Shown: positions 25,575 to 39,400 of the stretch, piece by piece
Position numbering within the stretch: the stretch's first letter is position 1
How the letters are laid out: the number at the start of each line of letters is the position of its first letter
NCBI RefSeq assembly: GCF_036321535.1
Contig: NC_087437.1
Coordinates: 97,032,001 to 97,096,000, forward strand
Direction of reading: 5' to 3'
DNA from: Camelus dromedarius
Lineage: Eukaryota
DNA length: 64,000 bases
Translations under genes and position numbers: made by a program
The notes under the pieces: generated by a model
What the model was told of the DNA's origin: nothing
The model's database searches: none
The model's input: only the letters and a program-made list of their open reading frames with translations

Positions 25575-25815
25575 CTAGTGGACATTTGCGATACTTTCTG
25601 GGTAGTCAGCATTTTTAAAATGTCCTTTCTATGGTTGGGAAATTCCCAGGTTTATAAGTTAAGAAAGGAGGCAGAAAACCTGGCTCCATTGGCACCTTGG
25701 AAGCTAAGATATAGCCATATGACTTGGTACCATCAATCAGATTTACCCGTACAGGGCTTTGACCTGGAAGGGAGCCAGGTGAGGAAAGAAGCACCCCTTG
25801 CCAGGTTCTGTTCTT
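25575..25815. mobile_element. ERVL LTR fragment (LTR16-like)
   Basis: tagtggacatttg...agctaagatatagccatatgacttgg..ccatcaatcaga resembles LTR16. Confidence 0.5.
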
Positions 25816-26834
25816 AGGCCTGAGACAAAATTAATAACTATATGTTATACGTAAGCAGTTCCTGTATCTTAAGTTGCTTATTACAGTTTATAATGTGTAC
25901 AATCAAAACTTATAAAATAGTTTCAAGTAATGGTTGAAATAAATAAATTAGCAACTCTTTTTTGTCCAACTATATCCATAGTCCTTCTCGAGTGAGAATC
26001 CATCACATTTGTCTTTAATGGAGAAAGCCTGTGTCTTATGATTTTTTTTTTTTAAATCAAAAGCCCATTACATAGTCCTGGGTGTGTAAGTGCTCAGTAG
26101 ATAATTGTTGCCTGATTAAAGTATATAAAGATAATTGCTGACTGATTAAAGTTGACTGATAAATAAAGTGTAATAAATGTACACTAATTAAAAAACTAAG
26201 TGAGAGGCCCCATCATTATGGACTGAGAAAGAATTTCAGTCACCTAGCCCTATTGCATGACCTTAAAAGTTCCATTAACCTCCCTTTACTTCACTTTCCC
26301 CTTTCATAACATAGGGATAAGGATGTTTCCTTTTCAGGACTGAAATAATTAAATCAAACAATACATTTTAAAACAGTTGGCACCTAATGGGTAATCAATT
26401 CAGATGACAACTAGTATTTATATAGTTACAGACCTCTGAATAACCTATATTTTGGAGATGTAAATATAATATTTTCTGTTTATGGCTGAAGAGCATGTCA
26501 TATGTAATTACCTGGAAAGAGACTTCAGAGCATAGATTGGACAAAATATGTCAGGCAGGCAAAATATGTAAATCTTTATGTGAGGCCAAAATGAATGGTG
26601 TACATTAATAAGTACTAGAGACTTGGACCTAAATGTTTCTGTCTATACTATGACATAATGATGTAACAGGATGCAAATTATTTAACAGCAATTTATCCAT
26701 GATTTGCAGAGTAATAATATCTATTTTCACCAAGGTTACTCTAATTAGAACCAATGAGATTCATTAGTGTACCAACACCTTAGCAGACAAAAACAAAATC
26801 GAGCATATTGGTGATATATCTCTTTTGTTCTTAC

Positions 26835-26898
26835 CTGCCTTAAAGTGAGTTGTTTCTGCAGTGTCTCTTTTGCAATTTGTATCTCTCAGTACGCTCAA
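26835..26898 (-). CDS. Candidate internal exon, 64 nt (LSVLRDTNCKRDTAETTHFKA)
   Basis: Acceptor catttttacacatatag|TTG and consensus donor CAG|gtaaga. One open frame, phase 0 in and phase 1 out. Confidence 0.35.
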
Positions 26899-27994
26899 CT
26901 ATATGTGTAAAAATGCCCTAATCAATGTACATATTGAAAAAGTATTTAAGCTGGAGTTTTTATTATTCAGTTGCAAGTGTAGAGGATCACAGTAGAAAAG
27001 GCTGTGACTTTATTTTATGCCTGAAGGATTTCAGACAGTACATGGGTTGATGCTTCACTGGTTTTGCAGTGAAGAGAGTGAACAGTACCAGAGGAATGAG
27101 AGAGGAAAGGTGAAGTGGCAGGGATCTGTGGAGCATGGCAGTAATGTCACAGCAAGGGTGAATCAGGAGCAGGCTCTCAGCATCAGGGGAGCCTGTCACA
27201 GGGTATCAGGATCTCAGCACCTGACTGGGCGTCAATGGTATGATTTTCTTTATTGACAGGTGCCCAGAACACACGTAGCCTCCTAGTACAGTCTTTCGGC
27301 ATAGGAGCCATATTGTAATGAGCATAAATAGAAACTTGATAGGCAGGCAAGATAGGCATTCTAGGCAAGGAAACAATGTGTGCAGTTTTCAGAGGTTTGA
27401 AAGAGAACTACACAGTTTGGGAATGGTTAGTGCTCGATGGCTGGAGCTAAAGGGGCATCAAGGAAATGATGGAGAAGGAAACCAGAAAGAGAATTGGGCC
27501 AGATAGTCAAGATTCTTGCATGCCAAGCTTTCTGGATCCTTGTTTTTGAGTATGTGTAGATAAAGTGACAGGTGATTGGGCAAAGAATTGTTGATAGATC
27601 TCACCTAAAAATCTCTCTTTTCTCCACTGAGAAAGATGCAAGCTCGGAGGATAAAAGGAATGGTTAGCATAGGCTCTTAAAAAGGCTAAGGATGAATGAT
27701 TTTAATGGGCGGAATAATAAAGAAGGAAGAAGGGGGTGTTGAACCAGAAGCAAGGAATTAAGTGTGGAAAACACAGCCTGTGATGATGTCAACTGGTGTA
27801 CTGTATGAGTAATCATTAGACAGGCATTTCACCATAATTAGCATTTTTGTTTTATATTTCAATATGCATCATTGCCAGCCTGTGGAGTGATTTCTTTATA
27901 CACATTTTGACTTAATAAAACAAGTTTATAAAGTAGATTTACAATGATTTTACTTTACAAAAATCCCTCAGAATTAAAGCCAGTATAACAGTAA

Positions 27995-28240
27995 CAATAT
28001 TTACTTGGCACCTGTTTTTTTTTCAGGCACTATTGTTCTAAGTGCTTTACAAATATTAACTCATTTAAACTTCACAGCAACCCATACAAAGTGGGTACTA
28101 ATACTATTTTTATTTTACAAATGAGGAACCTGGGGCTCAGAGAGGTTGAGAATTTGTCCAGTGTTCCATATGTAGTAAGTGGTGAAGTTAGGATATAAAT
28201 TCAGGCAATTCTGTCTGTTAGTTCTTAGGCATTAGCTAAG
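27995..28240 (-). mobile_element. MIR SINE
   Basis: caggcactattgttctaagtgctttacaaatattaactcatttaa...ttttacaaatgaggaacctggggctcagagaggttgag. Confidence 0.9.
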
Positions 28241-31200
28241 AAACTATATAATAGGATAAAAAAAAATCCCATAGTTACTTGGAATCACCTGAGCTAGACA
28301 CCATTATTGGTCCTACCACCCTCTTACTACATAGTTCTTGCAAGAATTTGGGTAAAACTATTCTCAGCATTTAATAAAAAGTGGAATGCAATTATGCAAT
28401 GAATGTACATTTTTGAGAGGTCTTTGGAGACTGAAGTGTATGAAACATCTATCTGCTGAGAAGAGGGGTCTATATGTACACATAGCCATACTTATTTACA
28501 GACAATAAATACACAATGCAGTATAAGGGAAGCAATCGAAGGACATGTTTTCAAACCTCTTGTATATATAAACATGAAAAATGAAGGAAAGGGATCAGCC
28601 TAAGTGATTTTTTTTTTTTTTTGCCTAACAGAAGATACACTAAAAAGGTGTGTGTGTGTATGTTTGAGGGGGTGGAGGATGGTGGTAGACTTCCTTCTGG
28701 CACAATGAGTATTTTGATATCTCTCCCCTTCCTCACCCAGTGACCTTTCAGGGGCTAAAAATCACAACAAAGCCACCTGAGAACACAGGTGATTTTACCA
28801 TGTTCATTCTTACACCTAAGGTAACCGATAATAGGGATCTTTCTGAATATATCTAAAATGTGAAACAACATTTGAAATGATTTGGGTTTGCATTTGCCTC
28901 TGTAGAGAATATTCTAATAGTTAATTCAGTGACTAGTTTATTCCTACAGTTAGTACGCACCCAGGACCAGTATTTTGTTATTTTCTATGTATAATATAAG
29001 AATAGGACTGGTCTCTAAGCTTTGGTATTCATAAGCTAATTTACAAGCCATAAATTTTGCCACTGACCATAATGTATATAAATATTTATATAAATACATA
29101 CACATAAAAAATATGTTTTATTTTACAACTTTGTGTCTACTGATGGTTGAGGCATTTTTAAAAAAAGATGAAACCAAACAAATAAAAGTTGGTATTAGAA
29201 AATTAAGTGATACGTTTTGTTCCCTTTATTCTCACTTTTATATTCCTGTACTGAATTAGGAGCAGAAATATCCTCGGCCATGAAAAACCTAGCAACTACA
29301 AACTCCTAGACTAGGGTTCAAATGAGAGCTTTAATTTCAAACATACTCTTTTCGGCTTTGCAATAAACCTTTTATTTACAAATGGGTTTTCATTATCCAT
29401 AGAAAGTGCAAATGATGCAAGTTAAACTCATTCAAGATTAATTTTCATTTGAGAAGTGCAAAATTCATCGCTCTTCCTTTTCACAGGCAAATATCCATAG
29501 CATACATTAATGTTTCATGAGAATAAACAGCATATTAAAGGGATCCTCATGGAGAAACGGCATCTAGTCATATCATATACAAATAACTCTGACATTTGGT
29601 AGGACAAAGACACATCACTTTGACATTACCCTCTGCTAAGATTTTAAAATAAAACATGGCATTGTTCTTTTGCTTTGTTGATTAGATAAGTTCACTCAGC
29701 TTCATTTATAATCCCCCATTACATACTGGTTACAATTTTACGCACAGACATATTTAAATGTTCGATTTCCTTAACTATAAATGTTTTATATTTGCAAATC
29801 TTAAGCTGAGCACCACTGATAATTATAATTATTTTTATTATAATTGAATCTGTATAAGTAAGTTTTGCCTGGGTTGAAGTAAGATAAAATTCCTTAGGAG
29901 CTTCACTAGGACTTCTATCTGAATCAGAAAAGAGAAGTGTTTCTCACAGAGTAAATAACCACGGAGAGCTCAAAGTGTTGTTAGGTGCCAATCACGGGAT
30001 CTGAGTTCACCTCAGCCGAATGATTTAACAATTCTGAGTTATATTACCCAGGAGGGCTGTGATGTTATGAATCTACCCTCCTCAGTAGGATTAGCAGCTG
30101 AAACTCCTGTCTAATGGTGTGTGCTAATACATAATGATAATGTCCTTCACCAAGCCTCTCTCTAATGGTGTGTGTTACTTTATAATGATAATAGGCTGGA
30201 GTGAGACAGTAACTTTAACATCCCTAGTCTATTGAGAAGAACGTACTCCACATACTATAGTGCTCATGAATGACCTCAACTCGTGGTTCTCTCAAAGCGG
30301 AAAACAGATAGGAAACAAAACAAAGACGAGACAAACCAAATATCTCTTTTAAAATTTGCAGGAAGAAGAGAAATCACCCCATGGCAGTTCATCAGGATAC
30401 ACAGCAGTCTGAAGACCAGAGGCAGATTTTTGCTTTCTCTTTTCCCTCACTCTCTTTTAATACAGATGCTCAGGGATAGTTGATCTCTTACTCTCCAAGT
30501 GGCCCTTGAAAATGATTCCTTTTTAGTGGAACAGATGTTAAGGGAATCACTGTGCTGAATTAGTCCTGAGGGTTAACTTGCTATAGTTTTTCCTATAGGT
30601 TTTACCATCGGTCTATCCAACTAATATAGCAGCATAGTTAAAGGTAAAAACAAATTATTGCTGTTTTGTGCCAAATAATTTAATTTTATTTACATTGGAA
30701 AAGTCATCTAATGAAAACATTCCTAACTTCACTTTTTATTAGGGTCAGTCAATTTAAATATAATATAATGTGGGTGCCAACACCTAATACATAAAGATAA
30801 ATACTTAGGTTAAATAATGTTAATTATTTTAAAAGAACATACATGTGAAAAAGCATACCTACTTTATTTCTATTGGAGCATTATGTCATAAGAGTCATCA
30901 AGTGAGCTTGAAGAATCAGATACTAAAATATTAAAAGCTGTCAGAAATGCTAGTAGCTATATATTTTATAGTATAAGGAGAGATGAGGTAATTATTTTTA
31001 CATAAATCTATCCAAGACTTTATTTCGTGATTTTTTCAGTTTTAATTTTCATTGTGTAAAGGTGTTGCAATACTTCAATTAATAAAGCAGTGTTTGTGAA
31101 AATTCCTATAGATAACTAAGCTTTATTATAATAAGTAGTAATTTAAAAAAAAAAAAAGCAGCTATTTTGTGAGCATTTATAAAATGCCAAGCATGGAGTA

Positions 31201-31489
31201 GTACTTTTACATCTGCTATCACACTTAATTCTTCCAAAAAAAATCTATGCTATTAATACTATTCCTGCTCTTATTTTAAAAGTTAGTATCACATTCAAGG
31301 TCAAATTGTTAGTGACAGAGGTGATGAGCAGCTTACTCTGCCTGTCTCTAGGTTGAGTCCTTATTAAGAAAAGAGACAGGATAAAATCATTCCTCCAGTA
31401 GTTTTTTAAGATGTCTTTGAGGCTTAATTTGTCACACTTCTTGCAAGTTAAGTGGTCTTTAGATTTATCTATCAGTCTTTACTCATAAA

Positions 31490-31640
31490 CAGTTGGCCCT
31501 CCATATCTGTAGGTTCTTCTGCATCTGTGAATTCAACCAGCTGCAGATCAAAAATATGCGAAAAAATTTTCCAGAAAGTTCCAAAAATCAAAACTTAACT
31601 TTGCAGTGCACCAGCAACTCTTTGTATAGCATTTGCAATG
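31490..31640. mobile_element. TcMar-Tigger (MER2-like) DNA transposon end
   Basis: TIR-like cagttggccctccatatctgtaggttc...gaattcaacca...gatcaaaaata...ccagaaagttccaaaaa. Only one end is visible. Confidence 0.8.
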
Positions 31641-31999
31641 GCTTATAATGCATGCAAGATGCTTCTACTTGTTGGACACAACTGAACTATCACAAGGCAG
31701 ATATCAAGAGTTGGGACTCAACTCCCTCACTTCTCTGGCCTTTTATAGCTTCTAAACTGGTTCACATTTTGAAATTTCCCAAGATCCAGGTATTAAGTAT
31801 GATTGCAAATTGCATCCAGAGAAAGAAGAAAGGTTATAATTGGTGAAGCAGTAAGGTAGTGAATTTGTTGGTACCGTGTTTTAAAAATTAGAGTATCAGT
31901 TTATAATTACCTTTTGAAAAGTGAATTTTTTAGAGACTTTGAGCTACAGTTGTTGACAATATGGTATATTAAATGTTTATGGGTCATAGCATATCCTAA

Positions 32000-32280
32000 G
32001 AAAGTGGTTCAGTGTTAAGAAACCTGGAGTTTAGCCCAAGCTCAGCAACTTCTTAGCTTCATATCCAGGTGATAGAAAAATTTCTGAAAAATTTAGAACT
32101 CAGGAGGATTAATCTTAGATTTAACTCTTCCACTTGCTAGTTTTGTAAACTGGGCAACTGATTTACATTTTGAGCCTGTTTCCTCATTCGAAAATAGGAA
32201 CACTGAATTGCATATCCCATATGTTTTAAGTCTCAAAAATGACATGTATAAACCTATCTGCATGCTGCAAATAAAAATGC
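32000..32280 (+). mobile_element. MIR fragments
   Basis: ccacttgctagttttgtaaactgggcaac...gagcctgtttcctcatt. Confidence 0.7.
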
Positions 32281-32729
32281 AAATGCATAGAATTATTGTT
32301 TTTGCTATAAGTAAAGTAAAAATGCTTGGTTTACTTAGGTCGATTATTATGACATTATGAGGTATGAAGGCACTAACAGGTTTAAAGCATGCATCCACAT
32401 TTATTGACAAGGTTGATTAAATTCTACCTATTCCAAAAACTCTGTTTTGGTCCTTGTTCATCTCAGATATGATCTTACAAAGCCTTTGTTTGTACTTCTC
32501 TTGGGACAATTATCTTACTTCACCTTTTAATATTGTCACTTGTGTTCCTGTAATGTAAATTCCTTGACAACAAAGGCATTGGACATTCCCCTAGCACCTA
32601 GAACTTCATGTTTAAAAGGCATGCTCAGAAGACTGTTAAACAGGACAATTACTAGTATTAAACCATTTGACCTCACTGCCCAGGTAAGACTAATACATTA
32701 AGGTGCATTAGAGGCTAGAACCCTGTGTT

Positions 32730-32950
32730 AGAGCAGGGGTTCTCAGTCCTGGCTATCCATTTATAATTGCTTAAGAAGTTTAAAAAACAAAACAAAACAA
32801 AACTCAACTGATTTTGTAAAAAAAAGCTAAAAAACCACCCTAAACCAATTGATTCAGAATCTCTAAGAATGAGAAACAAACAAACAAACAAACAAACAAA
32901 AACCCTCCCAGTTAATTGTAATATGTGAAGAAATCAAAGAACCATCTATC
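32730..32950. mobile_element. hAT-Charlie MER5A-like, with internal (CAAA)n
   Basis: caggggttctcagtcctggct...ttcagaatctct...agaaccatct. Confidence 0.65.
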
Positions 32951-34419
32951 TAGAATCAGAATTTTAGTTTAATTCCACATTGGTAGAAATTCTTAATGTT
33001 TAAAAATATATAGGTGTTAAATCTATATATGGAATTTAAGTTGAATTTTGGTCATAATCATGTTCACAAGTAGAAATTGTTTCTGAAAAATACCAGGTTT
33101 GGTGGTAAGGAGCTGAGAAAGTGAGCCTTCTTCAACATTCAGCAGTAAGTGAAGTATGATAGTTTCTAACTATGTCACCCCGATTTATTTCAAATTATTT
33201 ATGCACAGACATAAACAAGCCATTATTTAGTATAGTTAATAACCCATGACATGCTTCCTTAAAATAAATGGGGTCTCGAAAGTCAATTTTATTTATTAGC
33301 CAATTTGAATTTTTTTCTTAGGCATTTATCCATCAAACATGGCACTGTTATTGCACATGCATTATTCAGCATGTCAAATTAAACCATTGTTGATAAAACA
33401 AACATTAGTTATTGAAATGATCCAAATGCCAGCTTGAAATGCTGTGTTATAGCTAATAAATATGCCTAACTTCCAGTGCAGAAAGAGTGGGCAAACATGA
33501 TAATTTGATTTCTATGACTGTATTTCATAAAAATTAAAAAAAAACCCAAAAAACTCTTACAAAGAACAATAGTTTTAGTGCGCTCTCTTTAGTGCTAGGC
33601 ATATGGTGCTGACACAAGTAACTGATAAAGGTAACAAGTCTTACGAGAAATACTAAAGAGTTCTCTCATTTTGTTTCTTGATCTAAAAACACATTTATTA
33701 TCATCTTTAACCATGTGAAAAGCACTTTCTAGTGCTCAATGAGCTCTAAAGCTCATATTTTTTTTAGGACAAGGTGGATGGCCTAAGACACTCAGATTTA
33801 GATCCTTTATCAAGGAAGGAGCCGAGCCAAAGTTCCATTTTTAAAAATCACTTATGAAGTAAGGAATGTATTTGCTATGTGTAAACTTTTAAAATTCATG
33901 CTGATTAGCTTATTTGAAGGCTCTAAGTTTGACCTTAATCTTGCATTCTAGTGAGAAGCATTTGTTGAGGCGGTTTTAACACAATCTATGACAATCTGCC
34001 CAAATCTTAATACAAGATGAACTAAACTTAGTATTAGAGAGATGGCCAAATTCTCATAAACTATTCTACAGACTTAGTTTCATACACCACCCCCTCCTCT
34101 ACACACTATCGTCCGGTGGAACTTTCCATGAAAGAACTTTTAAGGGCACTGTGAAGAATCCAATAAACCGATGTATCTTCTCAGTTTTACATGAAATTCA
34201 ATTAATACATGCATTTTTGGTAGAAACATGAATCCTGTTTTATAATGTAACTAATTGCAGAGAGATTTAAAATATTAATTTTCACCTTTCTCTCAACTTT
34301 ACAAAGTAGCTACTTCTTAAGCTGAGCAAATCTTTTACGGGGATGAGCATTTATTAATAACTAATATCAATTTGGCACTTTACTTCTATCTTTCCCTCCC
34401 TCCATCACCTCCTACAAAT

Positions 34420-35700
34420 GCATGCTCTGAGCATAGGGCATATCATAGTGAACATTACAGACTTGGTCTCTGTCCTCAGGGAGCTTGCTCTTTAACCATG
34501 AAAAAAAAAAAAAGACACAAAAAGATATCTACAATTTTGAAATATTTATAACAAGTGTGTGACTGTGGGAGGAAGGGAGTGCTGTGGGTACATATTATCA
34601 AAGACACTTACTACAGACAGGCAAGAATCAGAATAGGCTTCCTAAAGAGAGTAATATTTACACCGAGATAATCAGAAGTAAGAATTAATGGTTATTTCAC
34701 CATACTAACCTTCAGAGTGGGAATGAGGGAAGAGAGGGAGAGAAAGTGAGAGAGAAGGAGGGGGGAGGAAGTTTCAGACATACAAAAGCATTTGCAAAGG
34801 ACTGGAATAAAGAAGGTGTGTGCCATGCTCTGCCCTGTGCATTTAGAGTGTTTAGCAGCATCCCTGACCTCTACCCACTAGATGCCAGTAGCACCCCCAT
34901 CCCCAAGTTGTGAAAAACAAAAATGACTCCATGCTCTGTCAAATGTCCAGTGGGAGGCAATACCACCCCAAATGACAACCACTGGTCTGGAGCTCCAGGG
35001 CTTGAGAGTGCGATAGTTGTGTGTGTGGCCAAGGATGCAGGGGGCAGCAGAGATTAGCAGAGGCAAATACCCTTCCACTATGTGCTATTTTCATTCTGTC
35101 CTCCACTCCCAATCTGAAGCTTTTTGCTAAGTTCTTGGCCTCCATAATGCTGTTCTTCTCTCCCCAAAGTATGGGAAGGTTGGCAGAATGGTATCACATT
35201 CCAAGTCAAAGAATCATTGTCCACGTCAAAGAGGGACGAGAACGGATGGTACTAATTGCAGATTTATTAGCTGAGCAAGTAGCATCCATACGGCAGCGTG
35301 ACAAGACAGTAGATTGAGGGAGTACATAGAAATTGGATTTTGATATAGCTTTAATAACTTTTTAAGATATTTGAATTTTATCCAGAAGTCTGTAGAACCC
35401 TATTGAGGATTTGTAAACAGGGCCTTTCTCTTTAAAGAGAATCACTTTGACAGCTCTGTGGATTTGTAAGGAGTTTGACAGAGCAGGAAATAGCTGGAAG
35501 CAAGAAAAACAGAAGAATAGGTTTATAATCTTAGTGAGAAATGTTGAGGGTCACAGCTGAGCTGCCCTGTGCGGATGGAAAGGGAACAGATTTAAAAGAT
35601 TTTTAGAAGATAGCATCAATATTTGCTCATCACAAATGTTTCAGGCTTGGTGAGAGAGAGGGAGATGTCAAGATGACTTCTAACATTTACTGGTTCATGA
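34420..35700 (-). mobile_element. L2 fragments, interrupted by MER20 and unique sequence
   Basis: agacttggtctctgtcctcagggagctt; tttaaagagaatcactttgacagctctgtgga; gtcaagatgacttct. Confidence 0.65.
34830..34990. mobile_element. hAT-Charlie MER20
   Basis: gtttagcagcatccctgacctctacccactagatgccagtagcacccc...aaatgtcc...acaaccactg. Confidence 0.9.
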
Positions 35701-37099
35701 TGTCATCACCAATTCTGGGAAATAAGTTCTGTGACTGTTAAAAGCTCAAGAAATTTTCTACAATGCAGTGGACAGAATTTGAACAGAACAAAACAGATCA
35801 TCCAATCATGTACTGCATGGGATAAAGTGTGAATCAGGAAGAGAAACATTCTTAGTGGGTCATATTGAGGAATACTGCACATCTAGAAAAATATTTTTGA
35901 CATTAAAACTCACCATTTTTGTACAATTACAGAATAAAATCTTATGAACAATGGGTCATTCAGCATTAAATATTATTTTTAATTTTGTAAGATAAAGTAT
36001 TTATTACAGTACACTAAACAAAATATTGGGGTAGTTGTCCAAGAAATTTTTCTTTTGAAAGGTAGGCATTAATAGGTCACATTAAAAGTGAAAAGGAATG
36101 CAAATTCACAGAATTTCTAAATTATCAATGATTTACTTGGTTTTTAATCATACTTAAATGAAACTATATTTAGTCCACATTTAGCATCATATGTAAAACA
36201 AAGGAAAATACATTGAAGATAAGAACATAAAATATACATCAGACAATTCTTATTGAAATATAATACTTATTTCTTTAGCATATGAAAGAGCCCAGTATCA
36301 CAGAATGAGACCCCTCAAAAGTAGTCAATATTATCATATGAAATTTGAGATTAAGCTTTGCTTAATCTCCTGATTGCTTTCTTCTTCCCTCCCTCCCTTC
36401 CCTGTCTCTATAATTTTATTTTAGTTTAAAAAAGAAATAAGTAAAAAAGGAGAGACATCAAGACACAGAGGCAGAGACAAAAACAAGAACAAGTTAATAC
36501 TACTGTAAGAGCAAAAGAAGTCACTACTGCTTTTCCCAAGGTATGTCTGACTTTATTTTAGGTAATACGCCATTGGAGACATATCTCTCTGTTCCCAAGA
36601 GACTTTTGAAATAATTACATTTAGGTTGCCCTCCTTTTATCAAGAGGCTGAAGATGCTATCAATCTATTTCTATTCCACAGAGCTTAGAAACCTTCAGTG
36701 GAATCTTGGGTGTTTTATAGCAAATACCATGGAGAAAACACACACCATAAAAAATGTTCCTCCATCAATCATTTCTGTGTTTTGTTCTGGCTTGACCATA
36801 GTTTTTGCAATGATTTTACAGTGTGTTTATCATTTAAATTCTAGTTTCTAAAAACTGATCCCCAGTGTGCCAGGGGATATTTCTATAGATCTAGGGCAAA
36901 ATTAGGTCATACAGCATAATAAAGCAATTAGTGCTAACCCAGGTTATGTACAGAGGAAAAAGATTGTCTTTTTTTTTTTAATCAAGAAATCCTATTATTT
37001 CTTTTGTAGAATGGCTTCCCCTCTTTTCTAGAAAACTTATATTCTGCCACAAGGCACAAAATTTATAGACCACGTATACAATATATCCTAGTGATTAAA

Positions 37100-37980
37100 T
37101 GACTGTGTTGGAAAGACTCTTAGAAGATATCTCGTCCAACCTCCCTCCAAATAATGGAATCCTGTCTACAGTGCCCTTGAAAGACAATGATCTTACTTAC
37201 ACAAACCCTCCACTCCATTGCTGGATAGTCCTCATTAAGATAAAGTTCTTTGTAGTGAACCAAACTAAATCTTCCAATTTGTGTTTTTCTGCTACCTGCC
37301 CCTCCCAAGCAAAAAGATAAAAACATCTACTTTCACAAGAATATGATAGCTCTTTAAATATTTGCAGATAACTAGCTTATCTCCCATGATTCTTTAATTC
37401 CTTGTGCTAAGTAATCCCAATTTCCTCGGCTGTTTCTGTGATTTACAAACATTTTGTTATTCCTGGTTCTCTTTTCTGGGCAATCTGTTATTATAGTCTC
37501 ACCCTTAATGTGTGATACTCAGATCTGCCCATGGGACTCTTCTGTGGAAGGATTCTTATTAGATGCATATTAGAACATCCAAATTAGACCTCATGCACAA
37601 CTTGTATACAACTAAAAACTCTAGGGCTTCTCACATGGCTAATTACTTATTTTTGACAGTTCCATGAAAAAGCTTAAATTTTTTCCAGCTCAATTTCATC
37701 TTGGTTTTGATGCTTGATTCTTCTTACCAAGGATATTTAAAATATAGTTAAAGAAGCTATCAGAACCATGCAATCCTGGATTTATTTGAATCCTAACTCT
37801 GAGTTGAGGGTTATTCTCTAAGAATTTGGTTTAATCTACATATTTTATCTCCATCTTACTTGTCTTCCTCTGAATCTTTGATAAAAATATTAAAGAAGAT
37901 AAAAACAGAGCACCTGTAAACTTTGTATATAAATATTTTAGAAAGATTTGCTCCATTATTGAAAATGCATAGTGTGGCCA
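37100..37980 (-). mobile_element. Ancient L3/CR1-like LINE remnant
   Basis: Degenerate similarity (gaaagactcttagaagatatctcgtccaacc, aagttctttgta, aatttcatcttg). Recalled, weak. Confidence 0.4.
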
Positions 37981-38029
37981 TTCGAAAAGTTTTAAATCCA
38001 CTCAGATATTTTAATCAGTCTAACTGGGC

Positions 38030-38850
38030 TAGCTTTTTAGCTATTATGCATAAAACTGCTATAAACATCCGTGAGCAAGTTTTTATGTGAATACAGGTTT
38101 TCATTTCTCTGGGACAAATGCTCAGAATTGCAACAGTTTGGTCATGTGATAATTGGTAATTGCATGTGTAATTTTATGAAAAACCTGTCAAATGTCTTAC
38201 AAAGTAGCTGTACTATTTTTCCATTCTCAACAACAAAGCATGTATAATTCAATTTCTCCACATCCTTGCAGACACTTAGTGTTCTCTATTTTTTTATTTT
38301 AGCTGTTGTGGTAGGTGTGTAGTGACACCGCATGTTTTTAAGCTGCATTTCTCTAATGACTGAGGAAGTTGAATATCTTTTCATGTGTTTATTACTTGTA
38401 TATACTCTTCTGTGAAATATTTGCTCATGCTTTTTGCCGATTTTCTAATTAGATTTTTTTTTTTAAAACTTGAGTTTTGAGAGTTTTTTATGTATCCTAG
38501 ACACTACACATTTGTTAGCTGTGTGGTTTGCAAATATTTTCTCCCAATCTCTAGCTTTTCTTTTCATTCTCTTCACATGCTCTTCTGCAGAGCAGAAGTT
38601 TCAGTGTGGTCCAATTTATTATTACTTCCTTTTATAGATTATTTTTGTTTCAATTCTAAAGCACTCTTTGCCTAACCCTAGATCTTGAAAATTTTCTCCT
38701 TTGTTTTTCCCTAAAATTTTAACAGTTTTATATTTTCACTTAAGTCTTTGATCTATTTTTACTCACTGTTTGTATAAAGTGTGAGGTTTAGGTCGAATTT
38801 ATTTTTTTTTCCTACTGGTGTCCAATTATTCCAGTACCATTTGTTGAATG
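38030..38850 (-). mobile_element. L1M ORF2 3' fragment
   Basis: tgctataaacatccgtgagcaagttttt..., gcatttctctaatgactgagg...gaatatcttttcatgtg, gcaaatattttctccca, ccagtaccatttgttgaa. Confidence 0.9.
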
Positions 38851-39279
38851 GCTCAGATATTTCAATAAGAATTTTAGAATAAATATTTATCCCACTAATA
38901 AAACAATACAGACAAAATCACTTCCAAATTGACAAATTGCTGTAAGCACTTTTTATCCAGAGCAATGCTTCTTATATATGTCAATAAAGCTGTAAACAGA
39001 GCTTTGCTATTCTACGATATTTGACATTATGATAGTAGTTGTTAAGATCAATGTCTCCTATACCATCTTTATTAATGGGCCATCACTGTGAACGGGCAAA
39101 TAGGTTGTATCTTCCTTTTGTATAAGTAGAGCATTTAATCCAGGAGGACTGAGGGGCACCAGAACTCTGCCATCAAAATCCATCATTGATGGCCTAGTAG
39201 TTTAAGTCAAGTTTGAGTGAGAGTGAGGGAAAAATGTATTTTGAGGACCATCTGTGTTTTCTCAGCTTGTGATCTTTAC

Positions 39280-39400
39280 CTACATTTTACAAATGAAGGA
39301 TCCAAGGCTCAGAGAGTTGAAGGATTCATCTCATACTTGTCTAATGAGTAAATGTCAGAACCAGTTCTATTTGATGCCAAATTTCTCCAGTCTTTCCACT
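39280..39400 (-). mobile_element. MIR fragment
   Basis: cattttacaaatgaagga..aaggctcagagagttgaag. Confidence 0.7.
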
